The translations under genes and the position numbers were made by a program. Below the pieces are notes generated by a model, which saw nothing but the letters and a program-made list of their open reading frames with translations, made no database searches and was not told where the DNA came from. Shown here piece after piece: positions 29,201-41,720 of a stretch of 64,000 nt of DNA (the stretch's first letter is position 1; each line of letters begins with the position of its first letter). The stretch comes from Thermoplasmata archaeon (lineage in GTDB: Archaea > Thermoplasmatota > Thermoplasmata > WALJ01), in contig JALTFR010000042.1 of NCBI GenBank assembly GCA_027006785.1, positions 30,113 through 94,112 on the forward strand, written 5' to 3'.

Positions 29201-31467
29201 CTTATCTGGGTTATCGGATTCGTGCCAGTCATATCATAAATCGTCGTGGGCCAAGTATTGTTTGATACTGTGAGGTTATATGTGTCCGGAACATTACCTG
29301 AATTTATAATAGTGAGTGTGTAGTTAACGGTGGTGGAAGGATCTCCGAATCTCGATGCTGATGAAGGGGTGAGTGCTACACCATAGGGGGTGGTCAGCCA
29401 GTGGATTATCCTGTGCATGAACTGGTCTCTGGTGGATGAGTCATTCACATACGCGAAGTCGAAGGAGCTGTATACCACCCTGTATGTGCCAGTATTTGCC
29501 CTTATCAGCCCTGCTTCTGAGTTTCCGCTGTAGTTGAACGATACGATCCCGCCGTTTATTGGGTTGTTCCTTCCATGATATCCCCATAGGTTCCAATCCA
29601 CATCACCTGTTCCGGTCTGCAGGACCATACTGTCTCCTATCGAGTCGTAAGGGACGCCGTTGAAAGTGTAGGAACCGCCCCAGTACTCATCTATGAACTG
29701 TGCATGCAGGTATGTCTCATACCAGCCATCCCACCCGTTGTTCCAGTATGCATCCACTCCAGCCAGACTGCTGGAGAAATACAATCTTCCTCCGTTATCC
29801 AGATAATCTCCGAGGTTCTGCCTGTCGCTTGCTGTGAGGGTATAACCATTCCAACCATCGTCGTTCCCTGTGAACCAGATAGTGACATTGTGCATCTCCA
29901 GGGTGTTGAGGTCGGGGCTACCCCAGTTCTGGACATCCCAGAAGTTGTATTCATAGGCGTTATCGTCCAGAGCATCGTAGTACCAGTTCTCGGTGTCCAA
30001 TCCGGAATCGTCGTCCACCACGAGGATTGGGGCAGAGACCTGCGTGGTTATTGTTGATGTCTCGCTCGTATTCGTATCGTTCTGCGATGCTGCGGTTATG
30101 TAGGTGATATCATAGTCTCCCGGATTTGCGCCTGAGGGAATGTCCACCTTTACGGTTATGTTCGCACTTTCCCCGGAATTCAGGCTTATCTGGCTTATCT
30201 GGTTTGTTCCGCTTGCATCATATAGTGTTGTCGTCCATGTGTTGTCTGATACCGAGAGGTTGTAAGTGTCGTTGTTGGCACCATAATTTCCTATTGACAG
30301 AGCATACCACACGGTATCCCCTGGGTTATTGATAGAGTGTTGGTTGGCTGGCCTCAACAACATACGATATGGCGGTGGGATGTAGATGAATTCTATGGCC
30401 AGCCCATCTGTTATGCCCTGACTGTTATAGAGATACTGAAGGCCATCCGTCCCATCGCTGTTTTCGATGCCCACGGTCGCACTGCTGCTGTTGGCATTGC
30501 CCATCGACTCATACTGGAACCATATCTCCCCTGTCTCGTTGAGTATGGCCTCGAATTTCATGGGCCCATATCCTGAAAGAGTCCACCAATCGTCCCATTC
30601 CACTATAAACTGACGGTGTGGTTCTGTACCGATTAGCTGATAATATATACTTCCTCCATTACTTTGAAGGTCATCCCAGAACGGACAGATTATATTGCTC
30701 GGATCACCTGTGCTATGGATTGGAGCGTTGTCATACGCTCCAGAACCTGCCCCGAAACTTATAAGCCCGTTTGTGCTGAAATAGACACTGTCGTATTTGT
30801 TTTCATAAAAAGAAAAATCGAAGCCTATCGTTGCTGAGCCATAATTGTCATCACCCGTAACTCCAGAATCGGTCCCTGTCGAGTTTATCTCTATCCAGTT
30901 ATAGTTCACGGACGGATTTCCCGTACTGTTCACCCAGATATATCCCCAGTTATCCGGGCCGCCTGAATCTGACGGGTTCGGTCCCGGTTCTGCACTTCGG
31001 GTGCCCTCGCCAGTTCGTGTTCTTTTACTGACGGTAAAGGATGATTGTCTTGCCGAATCCCACGATGGCAAACTAGATTTATCCTCGCGATTCTTTATGT
31101 GCTGGGCATACAATGAGTTTAACTCGTTATCTTGCAGAAGTATCATATTCTTGTGCCCGCCTGTTGCCTCTGGATTCAAATAATGTTTTTCAAGCAATTG
31201 GTTGCGATTTTCCTTTTCTATCCTACGGTTGACCTGTTGTTCCAGTGAAACTCCATTCTCTTTTGCATTATCATTTCCAAGATTCTTCACCGCTTCGGGC
31301 CCTGCCAGAGCAGTGGATGGAGAAGTCTCATTGACTGTTACTTCATCCCCATTCACATACATTGCATTTCCCGAAATCAGAACGCCCATCCCAGATAGCA
31401 GAAGTATTGCTACAATTATAACTGAAACAAGCGTTTTTCTATTATTCCCATCCGTATTCTCTTTCAT
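23269..31467 (-). CDS. Giant (about 2730 aa) membrane-anchored surface glycoprotein/adhesin with internal tandem repeats, at least 5 SbsA-type Ig domains, a carboxypeptidase-regulatory-like domain, and a C-terminal TM plus Pro/Gln-rich cytoplasmic tail
   Basis: N-terminal 'MKENTDGNNRKTLVSVIIVAILLLSGMGV' preceded by SD aggagg; three copies of 'APILVVDDDSGLDTENWYY...'; two copies of 'ATATGPTNSDPSNVA...YDGTQPTVSSTNPSDGAT'; 'TITGTVTDENGNPIEGATVRLD'; C-terminal 'MPWLYILLILVIVGIIAAVLIAKRKR'. The ORF track start 31506 is 13 codons longer. Confidence 0.8.
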   Translation of the reverse strand: MKENTDGNNRKTLVSVIIVAILLLSGMGVLISGNAMYVNGDEVTVNETSPSTALAGPEAVKNLGNDNAKENGVSLEQQVNRRIEKENRNQLLEKHYLNPEATGGHKNMILLQDNELNSLYAQHIKNREDKSSLPSWDSARQSSFTVSKRTRTGEGTRSAEPGPNPSDSGGPDNWGYIWVNSTGNPSVNYNWIEINSTGTDSGVTGDDNYGSATIGFDFSFYENKYDSVYFSTNGLISFGAGSGAYDNAPIHSTGDPSNIICPFWDDLQSNGGSIYYQLIGTEPHRQFIVEWDDWWTLSGYGPMKFEAILNETGEIWFQYESMGNANSSSATVGIENSDGTDGLQYLYNSQGITDGLAIEFIYIPPPYRMLLRPANQHSINNPGDTVWYALSIGNYGANNDTYNLSVSDNTWTTTLYDASGTNQISQISLNSGESANITVKVDIPSGANPGDYDITYITAASQNDTNTSETSTITTQVSAPILVVDDDSGLDTENWYYDALDDNAYEYNFWDVQNWGSPDLNTLEMHNVTIWFTGNDDGWNGYTLTASDRQNLGDYLDNGGRLYFSSSLAGVDAYWNNGWDGWYETYLHAQFIDEYWGGSYTFNGVPYDSIGDSMVLQTGTGDVDWNLWGYHGRNNPINGGIVSFNYSGNSEAGLIRANTGTYRVVYSSFDFAYVNDSSTRDQFMHRIIHWLTTPYGVALTPSSASRFGDPSTTVNYTLTIINSGNVPDTYNLTVSNNTWPTTIYDMTGTNPITQISLNSGESANITVKVGIPSDANLGDHDISAIVASSQNDTSVQDDAQIRTYYLHGPHHVALFQTKDPWDLPAIRDILSEWGIPYTVYGPGDIGAVNLSAYDKVIIVGGDGQDSSLYSAISDNKQWFESYVENGGILNIHADDWGDFNDIPCGLSSTYNEGDTVNISYPDHPFLTLPNNITDTELDNWHNSYHRYFTDWPLWADTVLSEGDSGSSYPVLLDYPWGDGRVIATGQTVEWAWSHGYSKLLENLILAVEGTSTYLPYLVSITPENQHSLGDLGTSVWYNLTIHNIGTNNDTYNLSVSDNAWPTTIYATGTNPISQISLNSNESANITVRVDFPAGANPGDYDIAHIIATSQNDTDANVSSEILTQALAPILVVDDDSGLDTENWYYTALDDNNYSYNFWDVQNWGSPDLNTLEMHDVVIWFTGNDDGYSGTHTLTATDRQNLGDYLDNGGRLYFSSGAAAVDAYWANGWSAWHEEYLHAELVNAYWSYATNYTGLNHDPIGDGMVLHTGVGDYDTNLIGHTMELSPVNGSVVSFNFTENSDAGIIRMDTGIYRVVYSGFDFAYLNDSSVRDQLMYRIIHWLTYPYGVVLTPSSASRFGDSSTTVNYTLRITNSGDVPDSYNLTVSNNTWTTTIYDSTGTNTISQISLNSRESANITVKVDIPSGANLGDYDIAHIIAISQNDTDANVSSEILTQALAPILVVDDDSGLDTENWYYTALDDNNYSYNFWDVQNWGSPDLNTLEMHDVVIWFTGNDYGTSWGSVPTLDVSDRANLGTYLDDGGRLYFSSSLAGVDAGTNGWSNWYRTYLHSSYQNYYGGHTPYVLNGSAGDPISDGLNFTAHQGDSNPNLWGYWTNNTPVNGGITFFTEPTPTYVATRADTGVYRVVYTAFDFADVNGAANRTLLMYRIIEWLTSTVPPSVIEEHPSDGSSDVSASQDVQVIFSKEMDTTVTPDIVQTGGTDPGGWTFLGWSSTHTDNDTATWSHNDWSYSDNVELKVSNYTDMDGLSGSPYSWNFTIASGPTATATGPTNSDPSNVADITITYDNDTGATSVDLYYTTDNGNTWTHIGSDSSIDGQYDWTIPSDGTYGWMAVGDGESAPSSGDAPEASSYTYDGTQPTVSSTNPSDGATEVSVGQDIVVIFDESMDTSVTPTLSQTSGTSVTYTFAGWTTTNVDNDTATWTHNDWDNSDTIELTVSGAEDVAGNTQADHTWSFDTVSASSHTATATGPTNSDPSNVAHITIEYTYEVGVSSVDLYYTTDNGNTWTHIGSDSSIDGQYDWTIPSDGTYGWMAVGDGESAPSSGDAPEASSYTYDGTQPTVSSTNPSDGATGVSITQDVVISFSESIDASTFNFTCEPDPGGWSVSWNSDKTQATLSHASFALATRYWMNITSANDTAGNTLSGAPYSFDFTTESTDTTPPTVVSVSPTGTDISVSSAITITFNESMNTSSVEKAFSINPAITGDFSWDAAKRTMTFTSSSDLEGGTTYTVKVDGSIANDTNGNSLDGNKNGTSEGSPKDDYSWSFTTETLDSQAPTSSTSPVTPYWHTSKVTLELTASDDKELSNITIYYRFSEDNSTWSAWIKYVTISISGTSWTGSRDFIFSDGDGYYQFYTKASDASGKSEEKNSAEAIAGYDTIVPDLSIDSPEDGGLFNTDSMTVRWHASDNTSKIDHYEVRMDRGSWIGVGKNTSYDFTGISDGRHTVEVKAVDRAGNEKTASAGFETDTTPPSVTSASPTGNNVSVDTTITVRFSEDMNVSTVKVIGDGLSGNISWSGRTLTFTPSSELEHGRKYVVHVTGSDLAGNRLDYTWNFTTAHNAPEDMATITGTVTDENGNPIEGATVRLDTGETAITDASGHFEIEVHAGNHTLAVSKDGYEKKTIETSVSPGEHKNIPAVELPASKKSSSGMPWLYILLILVIVGIIAAVLIAKRKRPPETNPVMPMQSQPPVQEAPPQSSGENPPQREQEDESGVSSF
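25205..25430. repeat. Near-identical ~230-bp DNA repeat, copy A, inside the giant gene (600-bp period)
   Basis: Virtually identical to 25805..26030 (only about 5 mismatches seen); flanks are diverged. Confidence 0.8.
25805..26030. repeat. Near-identical ~230-bp DNA repeat, copy B
   Basis: See copy A. Confidence 0.8.
26941..27160. repeat. Near-identical ~220-bp DNA repeat, copy A, inside the giant gene (980-bp period)
   Basis: Identical run 'gaaccagatgacaacatcgtgcatctccagggtgttgaggtcagggcttcccc...' also at 27921..28140; a diverged third copy near 29880..30100. Confidence 0.8.
27921..28140. repeat. Near-identical ~220-bp DNA repeat, copy B
   Basis: See copy A. Confidence 0.8.
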
Positions 31468-31582
31468 CCATATGCCTCCTCGATCTTTAAATTTCCAGAT
31501 AGACATCTGGAAATACTATATATAGTTTTCTCAGATTACAACTCTATGCGCTCTCCGCTTGTGAAAAATAGCAAAACATATT

Positions 31583-36098
<4,516 letters not shown>

Positions 36099-36099
36099 C

Positions 36100-36882
36100 A
36101 TGCCAGGCCCCCTCTCCATTCTCCTTAATCCGACTCTTATAAAAATAGAGCTTCTGGTGGCTGTGGCATTTCTACCATCCCTGATATATGTGAGATGGAT
36201 AAGGAACGCCGAGAGGTATAACAGGGAGCCGTGGGGCGCCATAGCCCTTGTTTTCATCTGGGGCGCCATAACAGCGATAGTGATATCTCTCGCACTTGAG
36301 GTGTTTCTCTATCATATATACGGCGAATACGTCACCAGGATGTATGAATTCCTCCAGAACAACGAGACCATGAACGCACTTGTCCTGACCTGCATAATTG
36401 CCCCTTTCGTAGAAGAAGGTGCAAAAGCCCTTGGGGTGTACCTTGCAAAAAGACATATCTTCGAACTTGAGGATGGTTTCATCTATGGAGCGGCAGCGGG
36501 GCTGGGATTCGCCGCAACGGAGAATCTTTTCTATGAATCAGGAACCCTGATGACCTATGGCTTGCTGGCCTATGCACTTATTGTCATCATAAGGAGCCTT
36601 TCATCGGCTCTGCTTCACGGGAGCGCTACAGCGGTGAGCGGATACGGCATAGCCAGAAAACACATTTACGGGCGCTCTTTCATACCATTCTTCCTTCTTG
36701 CTGTCCTGATGCATGCGAGCTTTAATTTACTTGCCTCCTTTTCCCTTGTATTTGAGGGCATCTCCCTGCCTCTGCTCGGCTTCGGGCTTGTGATAGTCTT
36801 CGGAGTCTCCTCCTTCATGCTTGTAAGAAGAAAGATTCAGGAACTGGATTCCATGAGGCGCATTATGCGATATGGTGGTTGA
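36100..36882 (+). CDS. PrsW-family intramembrane protease
   Basis: Multi-TM; 'APFVEEGAKALG', 'GFAATENLFY', 'SALLHGSATAVSG' motifs; ATG 2 nt after the gyrA stop. Confidence 0.55.
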   Translation: MPGPLSILLNPTLIKIELLVAVAFLPSLIYVRWIRNAERYNREPWGAIALVFIWGAITAIVISLALEVFLYHIYGEYVTRMYEFLQNNETMNALVLTCIIAPFVEEGAKALGVYLAKRHIFELEDGFIYGAAAGLGFAATENLFYESGTLMTYGLLAYALIVIIRSLSSALLHGSATAVSGYGIARKHIYGRSFIPFFLLAVLMHASFNLLASFSLVFEGISLPLLGFGLVIVFGVSSFMLVRRKIQELDSMRRIMRYGG

Positions 36883-37176
36883 GTGGCAGTAAGAGACTTC
36901 AGAAAGAGATACATAGCATTCCTCACGGAGGACACGATGAGCAGAAAGGAGATGATATACCACCTGAACAGGATAGGGAAAGAGATAGGCGTCAGGATAA
37001 CGCTGACTGTCTTCGAGGGCGACAGAGGCATAGTGCTTGTGAAACACACAGAACAGAAAAAGACAATAGATGCACTGAATCGCTATGAAAAAGCCAGTAT
37101 AAGAACCCTAAAGACCTCTGGAACCATCAAAAAGGCGAAAATGGCTCTTGATAACGCAAAAATGGGAGATGAATAG
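36883..37176 (+). CDS. rnp2: RNase P protein subunit Pop5 (Rnp2)
   Basis: 'VRDFRKRYIAFLTED...TLKTSGTIKKAK'; GTG start immediately after the PrsW stop. Confidence 0.55.
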   Translation: MAVRDFRKRYIAFLTEDTMSRKEMIYHLNRIGKEIGVRITLTVFEGDRGIVLVKHTEQKKTIDALNRYEKASIRTLKTSGTIKKAKMALDNAKMGDE

Positions 37177-37208
37177 ATGAAGAATGGGGAGAATAGTTAA
37201 GAGGTCTC

Positions 37209-37697
37209 TCACTGCTCATCGAGCTCCCATATCTTATCACCTATGGAATGAACGGTCTTTACGGCCTTTCCACTGCTTTTTTCGACCATTTCAGTCCCGC
37301 TCATCAAAGCCATGCCTATAACAAGGGGTTTACCGTGCTTTTCCTCTCTGACCCATACTACATCCCCACTGGAAATCCCCGGATCGGCATCCACTATTCC
37401 GGGTGCCATAACATCCGCACCATTGTAAAGGAATCTCACCGCTCCGCTGTCCACGGTTACGTATTTTTTAGATGGCTCTGACTCAAGAATGCCCCTGATT
37501 GATGGGAACGCTCTTCCCTCTATTATAAGACCCAGTACCTTTCCGTGTGCGAATATGAGGGTGATGTCACCCATCTCTGCAAGGTCGACATCATCCCCTG
37601 CTGAAAACGGAGAAGAACCCGCATATCCCTCCATCTCCGCCTCAAGTCTTTTTACCTCCTTTTTCCGTATTCTCCTGCGTTTTCTGTAAATTGCCAT
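37209..37697 (-). CDS. PUA-domain RNA-binding protein (Tma20/MCT-1-like, COG2016 type)
   Basis: 'MAIYRKRRRIRKKEVKRLEAEM'; PUA region 'VTVDSGAVRFLYNGADVMAPGIV...GDVVWVREEKHGKPLVIGMALMSG'. Confidence 0.55.
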   Translation of the reverse strand: MAIYRKRRRIRKKEVKRLEAEMEGYAGSSPFSAGDDVDLAEMGDITLIFAHGKVLGLIIEGRAFPSIRGILESEPSKKYVTVDSGAVRFLYNGADVMAPGIVDADPGISSGDVVWVREEKHGKPLVIGMALMSGTEMVEKSSGKAVKTVHSIGDKIWELDEQ

Positions 37698-37701
37698 GGT
37701 A

Positions 37702-38847
37702 TCACCAGGTGCTCTTCTTACCGTCAACAGCCTCTTTTATGCGCTCTCTCCACCACAGCCCTTCTTCGTCGTCCGGAAAATAGAAGAGATATCTTTCGAT
37801 GAACTGAAGTGCGGCCCCCATCTTCCCGTTGTTGTACATCAGCTCAGCCCTTTTAAGCCATGCTTCCTCTCCGTGTTTGAGCTTTATCGCCTTCCTGTAC
37901 TCCTTATCCGCCTCGTCAACTATACCCTGAACCGCAAATATGTTCCCTTTCAGTATGCGCAAATGGGCGAAATCCGGCCTTAGAGTGATGGCCCTCGATA
38001 TGAACTGAAGTGCGGCCCCCCAGCGCCTTGTGGCAAGAGCCACGGAAGCCTTTCCTTCCCATGCATCCACCCACTTATCGTTAAGGCGTAATGCCGCCGT
38101 ATATGCCTCATCAGCGCTCTCTGTCATCTCAAGCCCCTCGTAAGCCCGCCCTATGCCTGTCATGGCCCTCGGATTGCTGTCATATTCGGGAACCATGCGA
38201 TACAGATCCAGCGCTCCCTGAAAATCTCCGCTCTTCCTTGCAAGATATGCCTGATTCACGAATATGTGCCCCCTGTGAGGCATTATCCTTTCGCCTTCAG
38301 ATAGATAATTTCGGACCTTCTCATCAAGTGCATATGCGATTTCATTCCTGTCCTTGGGTGATATCCCCCTGAGATATCGCAACCTCATGCGGGAGAAGTA
38401 ATAGAGAGATGCCAGCCGGCACAGGGTATCCTCATCAGCAGAGGAAATAAAATCGGAAAGTGATTCTGCCGCCTTCATAAGGTGAGAGAGGTTATCTATG
38501 TCCTGAACGGTGGGCTCCATGCGCTCCGCATCCTCAAGATAGAGTGGGACATCCATATGTGCCATATACATATTTATCTTCCAGAAAAGGGTCTTCGCAT
38601 CGGATTTTTCCGGATTCTTAGGAATCTTTATATCTTCCTTCAGAGATGGTGCATCTATGAAACTCTCCCTGTCATGTGCGAGTGAGAGAACAAGAAGGCT
38701 GTTTCTGGAGATGACATCCGGAACGCTGTCCCCTATGAGAAAATCACGACAATGCCAGAGTGGGTTCTCTTCAAATGCTCTGGCTGCACATTCCCCGCAA
38801 AGCTGGAAATCACCGGCCTCCTTTCCGCAAACGATACACTGCATCAC
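37702..38847 (-). CDS. TPR-repeat protein with N-terminal zinc ribbon
   Basis: 'CIVCGKEAGDFQLCGECAARAF'; multiple TPR-like helical repeats (W..A..Y..AL). Confidence 0.5.
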   Translation of the reverse strand: MMQCIVCGKEAGDFQLCGECAARAFEENPLWHCRDFLIGDSVPDVISRNSLLVLSLAHDRESFIDAPSLKEDIKIPKNPEKSDAKTLFWKINMYMAHMDVPLYLEDAERMEPTVQDIDNLSHLMKAAESLSDFISSADEDTLCRLASLYYFSRMRLRYLRGISPKDRNEIAYALDEKVRNYLSEGERIMPHRGHIFVNQAYLARKSGDFQGALDLYRMVPEYDSNPRAMTGIGRAYEGLEMTESADEAYTAALRLNDKWVDAWEGKASVALATRRWGAALQFISRAITLRPDFAHLRILKGNIFAVQGIVDEADKEYRKAIKLKHGEEAWLKRAELMYNNGKMGAALQFIERYLFYFPDDEEGLWWRERIKEAVDGKKSTW

Positions 38848-38949
38848 CCATGAGATGTCCTTTAAGAATAAAAAACCTTTCCTGCAAAAAAGTGCAAAGC
38901 TTTATATACGGGTTCTGAGTAGGCGACTTGCTCCTCAAGGAGGAATACA

Positions 38950-39411
38950 ATGACAGGCGTTAGAGATGTACCTGCAGATATGCTCATAGAGAAGAGCGCT
39001 CAGAAGCTGAAAGAAATCGAAGATATATATCCGCCTAAATGGGCACAGTATGTCAAGACAGGCATACACAGGGAAAAAAGCCCGATTGACCCCGACTGGT
39101 GGTATATACGCTCGGCAGCCATACTCAGAAAGGTCTATATCCACGGACCGATAGGCGTTATGAGGCTGAGCGCCATGTTCGGAGGAAAGGTGGACCGGGG
39201 CTCAAAGAGGTTTCATCCTTCGAGAGGAAGCAGGTCCGTTATACAGACAAGTCTTCTTCAACTGGAAAGGGCAGGATTTGTTATAAAGGACGGAAAGAAG
39301 GGAAGAAAGATAAGCCCGGCAGGCCAGAAGTTCCTTGACAATACTTCATATGAGGTGATGAAAGAAATAGCTGAGACAAGGCCTGAGATGAAAAAATACC
39401 TTAAAAAGTGA
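38950..39411 (+). CDS. rps19e: 30S ribosomal protein S19e
   Basis: 'PPKWAQYVKTGIHREKSPIDPDWWYIRSAAILRKVYIHGPIGV...GSRSVIQTSLLQLERAGFV'. Confidence 0.8.
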   Translation: MTGVRDVPADMLIEKSAQKLKEIEDIYPPKWAQYVKTGIHREKSPIDPDWWYIRSAAILRKVYIHGPIGVMRLSAMFGGKVDRGSKRFHPSRGSRSVIQTSLLQLERAGFVIKDGKKGRKISPAGQKFLDNTSYEVMKEIAETRPEMKKYLKK

Positions 39412-39746
39412 TGGAAATGGAAGACAAAGAGCTGGAAGAGATAAAGAAGAGGAAGATGCTGGAACTCCAGAGGCAGCAGGAGATGGCTGCCATGCAGGAG
39501 GAACAGATGAAGCAGCTGGAACTGGAAAGGGCTGCGCTCCTCAGACAGATAACCACGCCTGAAGCACGGGAAAGGCTCGCAAGGCTGAAGATGGCCCACC
39601 CAGAGATAGCGGAGAGCGTGGAGAACCAGCTCATTGCACTGGCCCAGTCGGGAAGGCTGGACCGCATAATAGATGATGATACTCTCAAGATGATACTTGA
39701 AAGGGCGGTACCGAAAAAGAGAGAGATAAGGATAGAAAGAAGGTGA
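39408..39746 (+). CDS. PDCD5/TFAR19-like dsDNA-binding protein
   Basis: '[37 protein letters not shown]'. Confidence 0.6.
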   Translation: MMEMEDKELEEIKKRKMLELQRQQEMAAMQEEQMKQLELERAALLRQITTPEARERLARLKMAHPEIAESVENQLIALAQSGRLDRIIDDDTLKMILERAVPKKREIRIERR

Positions 39747-39750
39747 AAAG

Positions 39751-39906
39751 ATGGCCAGTCACAAACCGTATGGAAAGAAGCTCAGACTTCTCAGGAAAGT
39801 GAAGCAGAACAGGCGTGTTCCAGCATGGGTAATGCAGAGGACTGACAGGAACTTCATGAGGCATCCCAAACAGAGGAACTGGAGAAGGGGGAGACTCAAA
39901 CTGTGA
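39751..39906 (+). CDS. rpl39e: 50S ribosomal protein L39e
   Basis: Manual translation '[51 protein letters not shown]'; below the ORF-track size cutoff. Confidence 0.75.
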   Translation: MASHKPYGKKLRLLRKVKQNRRVPAWVMQRTDRNFMRHPKQRNWRRGRLKL

Positions 39907-39915
39907 GGTGATATC

Positions 39916-40182
39916 ATGGTGGATGATGAAATAGAGAGATTCTATACCATTTCCTTCGGAAAGCTCAAAAACATACCCCGCACCCAGAGAGCACCTCGGG
40001 CGATAAAGCATATACGTGAATTTGCAGCCAGACACATGAAGGCAGAGGAAGAGGACATCTGGATAGATCACCGGGTAAACGAAATGGTCTGGGCAAGGGG
40101 AAAGAAGAAGCTTCCCTCTCGCATCAGGGTGAAGATAATAAAGTTCGAGGATGTCGTAGAGGTCCTCCCACCGGAAGAGTGA
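39916..40182 (+). CDS. rpl31e: 50S ribosomal protein L31e
   Basis: 'RAPRAIKHIREFAARHMK...IWIDHRVNEMVWARGKKKLPSRIRV'. Confidence 0.75.
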   Translation: MVDDEIERFYTISFGKLKNIPRTQRAPRAIKHIREFAARHMKAEEEDIWIDHRVNEMVWARGKKKLPSRIRVKIIKFEDVVEVLPPEE

Positions 40183-40183
40183 G

Positions 40184-40843
40184 ATGTTAAAGCTTCTGGA
40201 ATTCAATTCCAACCCCTTCTTAGGGGTCATGGGCCTGGCCACAGAGCGCTTCGCACTTGTACCCCGAGGCCTCCCGGAAGAAACTGTCAAAGAGGTTGAG
40301 AAAGCCCTTGATGTCCCTGCAATAGAGATGCATGTTGGCGGTTCGATTCTTCTTGGCTCCCTCATAGCATCCAATTCGAAAGGTGCTGTCGTATCCTATA
40401 TCATAGAGGAAGATGAGCTGAAAGAACTGGAGAAGTATGTAGATGTGCTTGTACTTGAGGACAAACACAATGCCGCCGGAAACAACATACTGGTGAACGA
40501 CAATTTCGCTCTTATACACCCGAATATAAGTGCAAGATGGGTGAGAAAGATAGAGGATGTTCTGGGTGTTCCTGCAAAGAAGGGCACTGTGGCAGACATA
40601 CCCACGGTCGGCTCTGCGGCTGCAGTTACTGATAAAGGTGGACTCGCTCATCCGGAGGCGGATGATGGAGAGCTGGAATACCTGAAAGACCTCTTCGAAG
40701 TCCCTTTCTACAGGGGCACCGCAAACTATGGCAGCGGTTTCGTGGGTGCGTGCATGATTGCAAACTCAAAAGGAGCTGTCGTGGGAAACACGACAACAAA
40801 TGTTGAGATCAGCCGCATCGAGGACGCTTTTGACCTTCTCTGA
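40184..40843 (+). CDS. eif6: Translation initiation factor 6 (aIF6)
   Basis: 'NPFLGVMGLATERFALVP...' five-fold pseudo-repeat typical of eIF6; conserved position after L31e. Confidence 0.75.
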   Translation: MLKLLEFNSNPFLGVMGLATERFALVPRGLPEETVKEVEKALDVPAIEMHVGGSILLGSLIASNSKGAVVSYIIEEDELKELEKYVDVLVLEDKHNAAGNNILVNDNFALIHPNISARWVRKIEDVLGVPAKKGTVADIPTVGSAAAVTDKGGLAHPEADDGELEYLKDLFEVPFYRGTANYGSGFVGACMIANSKGAVVGNTTTNVEISRIEDAFDLL

Positions 40844-40880
40844 GCAAAATATTTTATAGGTTGTTCTTCTTCCCCATTTC

Positions 40881-41720
40881 ATGCTTAAAAAGCCCCTTGC
40901 GGCTCTGGTCTTACTCGTACTTATGCTCTCTGCGATAGCGTCAGGTTCAGGCACATCCGGCATGAGTGTCACGGACTATGTCTGCGACCCAACATACACG
41001 AACCACATTTTCTCAAATTTCTCAAATCCCATCATATACCCCGGAAATACGGGAAACCTGAGATTCAGGTTGAACAACCCTTACAACATGACCATGCACA
41101 ACATCTCCCTGACAGCAGAGATATATGCATTTGCAACGCTTGAGGAGTACAGAACAATAGACGAGACCTTCAATGATGCTCCTATAATAGAACAGAGCGG
41201 AAGCAGATTGTACAATGACCGTGTCAGTGAACTCCTGCCCTCTATGAACATAAGCTATTCCCTCAGCATGAAAACGGAAAAAGGAACGCCTCAGGGCGTG
41301 TACTATGTACGATTTATACTTGAATTCGATTACTCCAACTCAACGAATAACTCTGCAAGCCACTTTATCATGCTCTCCATGTCATATTACTCCAAAGAGC
41401 AGTGGAAATATGCAGCACAGGAACCCACCGATTCCGATATGCCCTATTACAGACACGGAATAAACGTGACATATCTCAGTCTCTTCCACCCTGTTGATGC
41501 CATCATACCGTTCACAAGCTTTTCAGTCCACAAAGGAATACCGAAATGGCCGATGTTCGTCCTCGAAGGAGCTGCCGCATTCTTCGCCGTACTGTCATAT
41601 ATGTATTACATGAATGACAACTATGGAAAATACAGATGGTTAGACGAGAAGACCAAGCAGATGTCTGGCAAATACCAGAAGTTTAGGAGAAGACTTTACG
41701 AGAGGGCGCGCCAGAAGTGA
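40881..41720 (+). CDS. Secreted/membrane-anchored N-glycosylation-rich hypothetical protein
   Basis: Signal peptide 'MLKKPLAALVLLVLMLSAIASGSG'; C-terminal TM 'FVLEGAAAFFAVLSYMYY' plus basic tail; many N-x-S/T. Confidence 0.4.
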   Translation: MLKKPLAALVLLVLMLSAIASGSGTSGMSVTDYVCDPTYTNHIFSNFSNPIIYPGNTGNLRFRLNNPYNMTMHNISLTAEIYAFATLEEYRTIDETFNDAPIIEQSGSRLYNDRVSELLPSMNISYSLSMKTEKGTPQGVYYVRFILEFDYSNSTNNSASHFIMLSMSYYSKEQWKYAAQEPTDSDMPYYRHGINVTYLSLFHPVDAIIPFTSFSVHKGIPKWPMFVLEGAAAFFAVLSYMYYMNDNYGKYRWLDEKTKQMSGKYQKFRRRLYERARQK

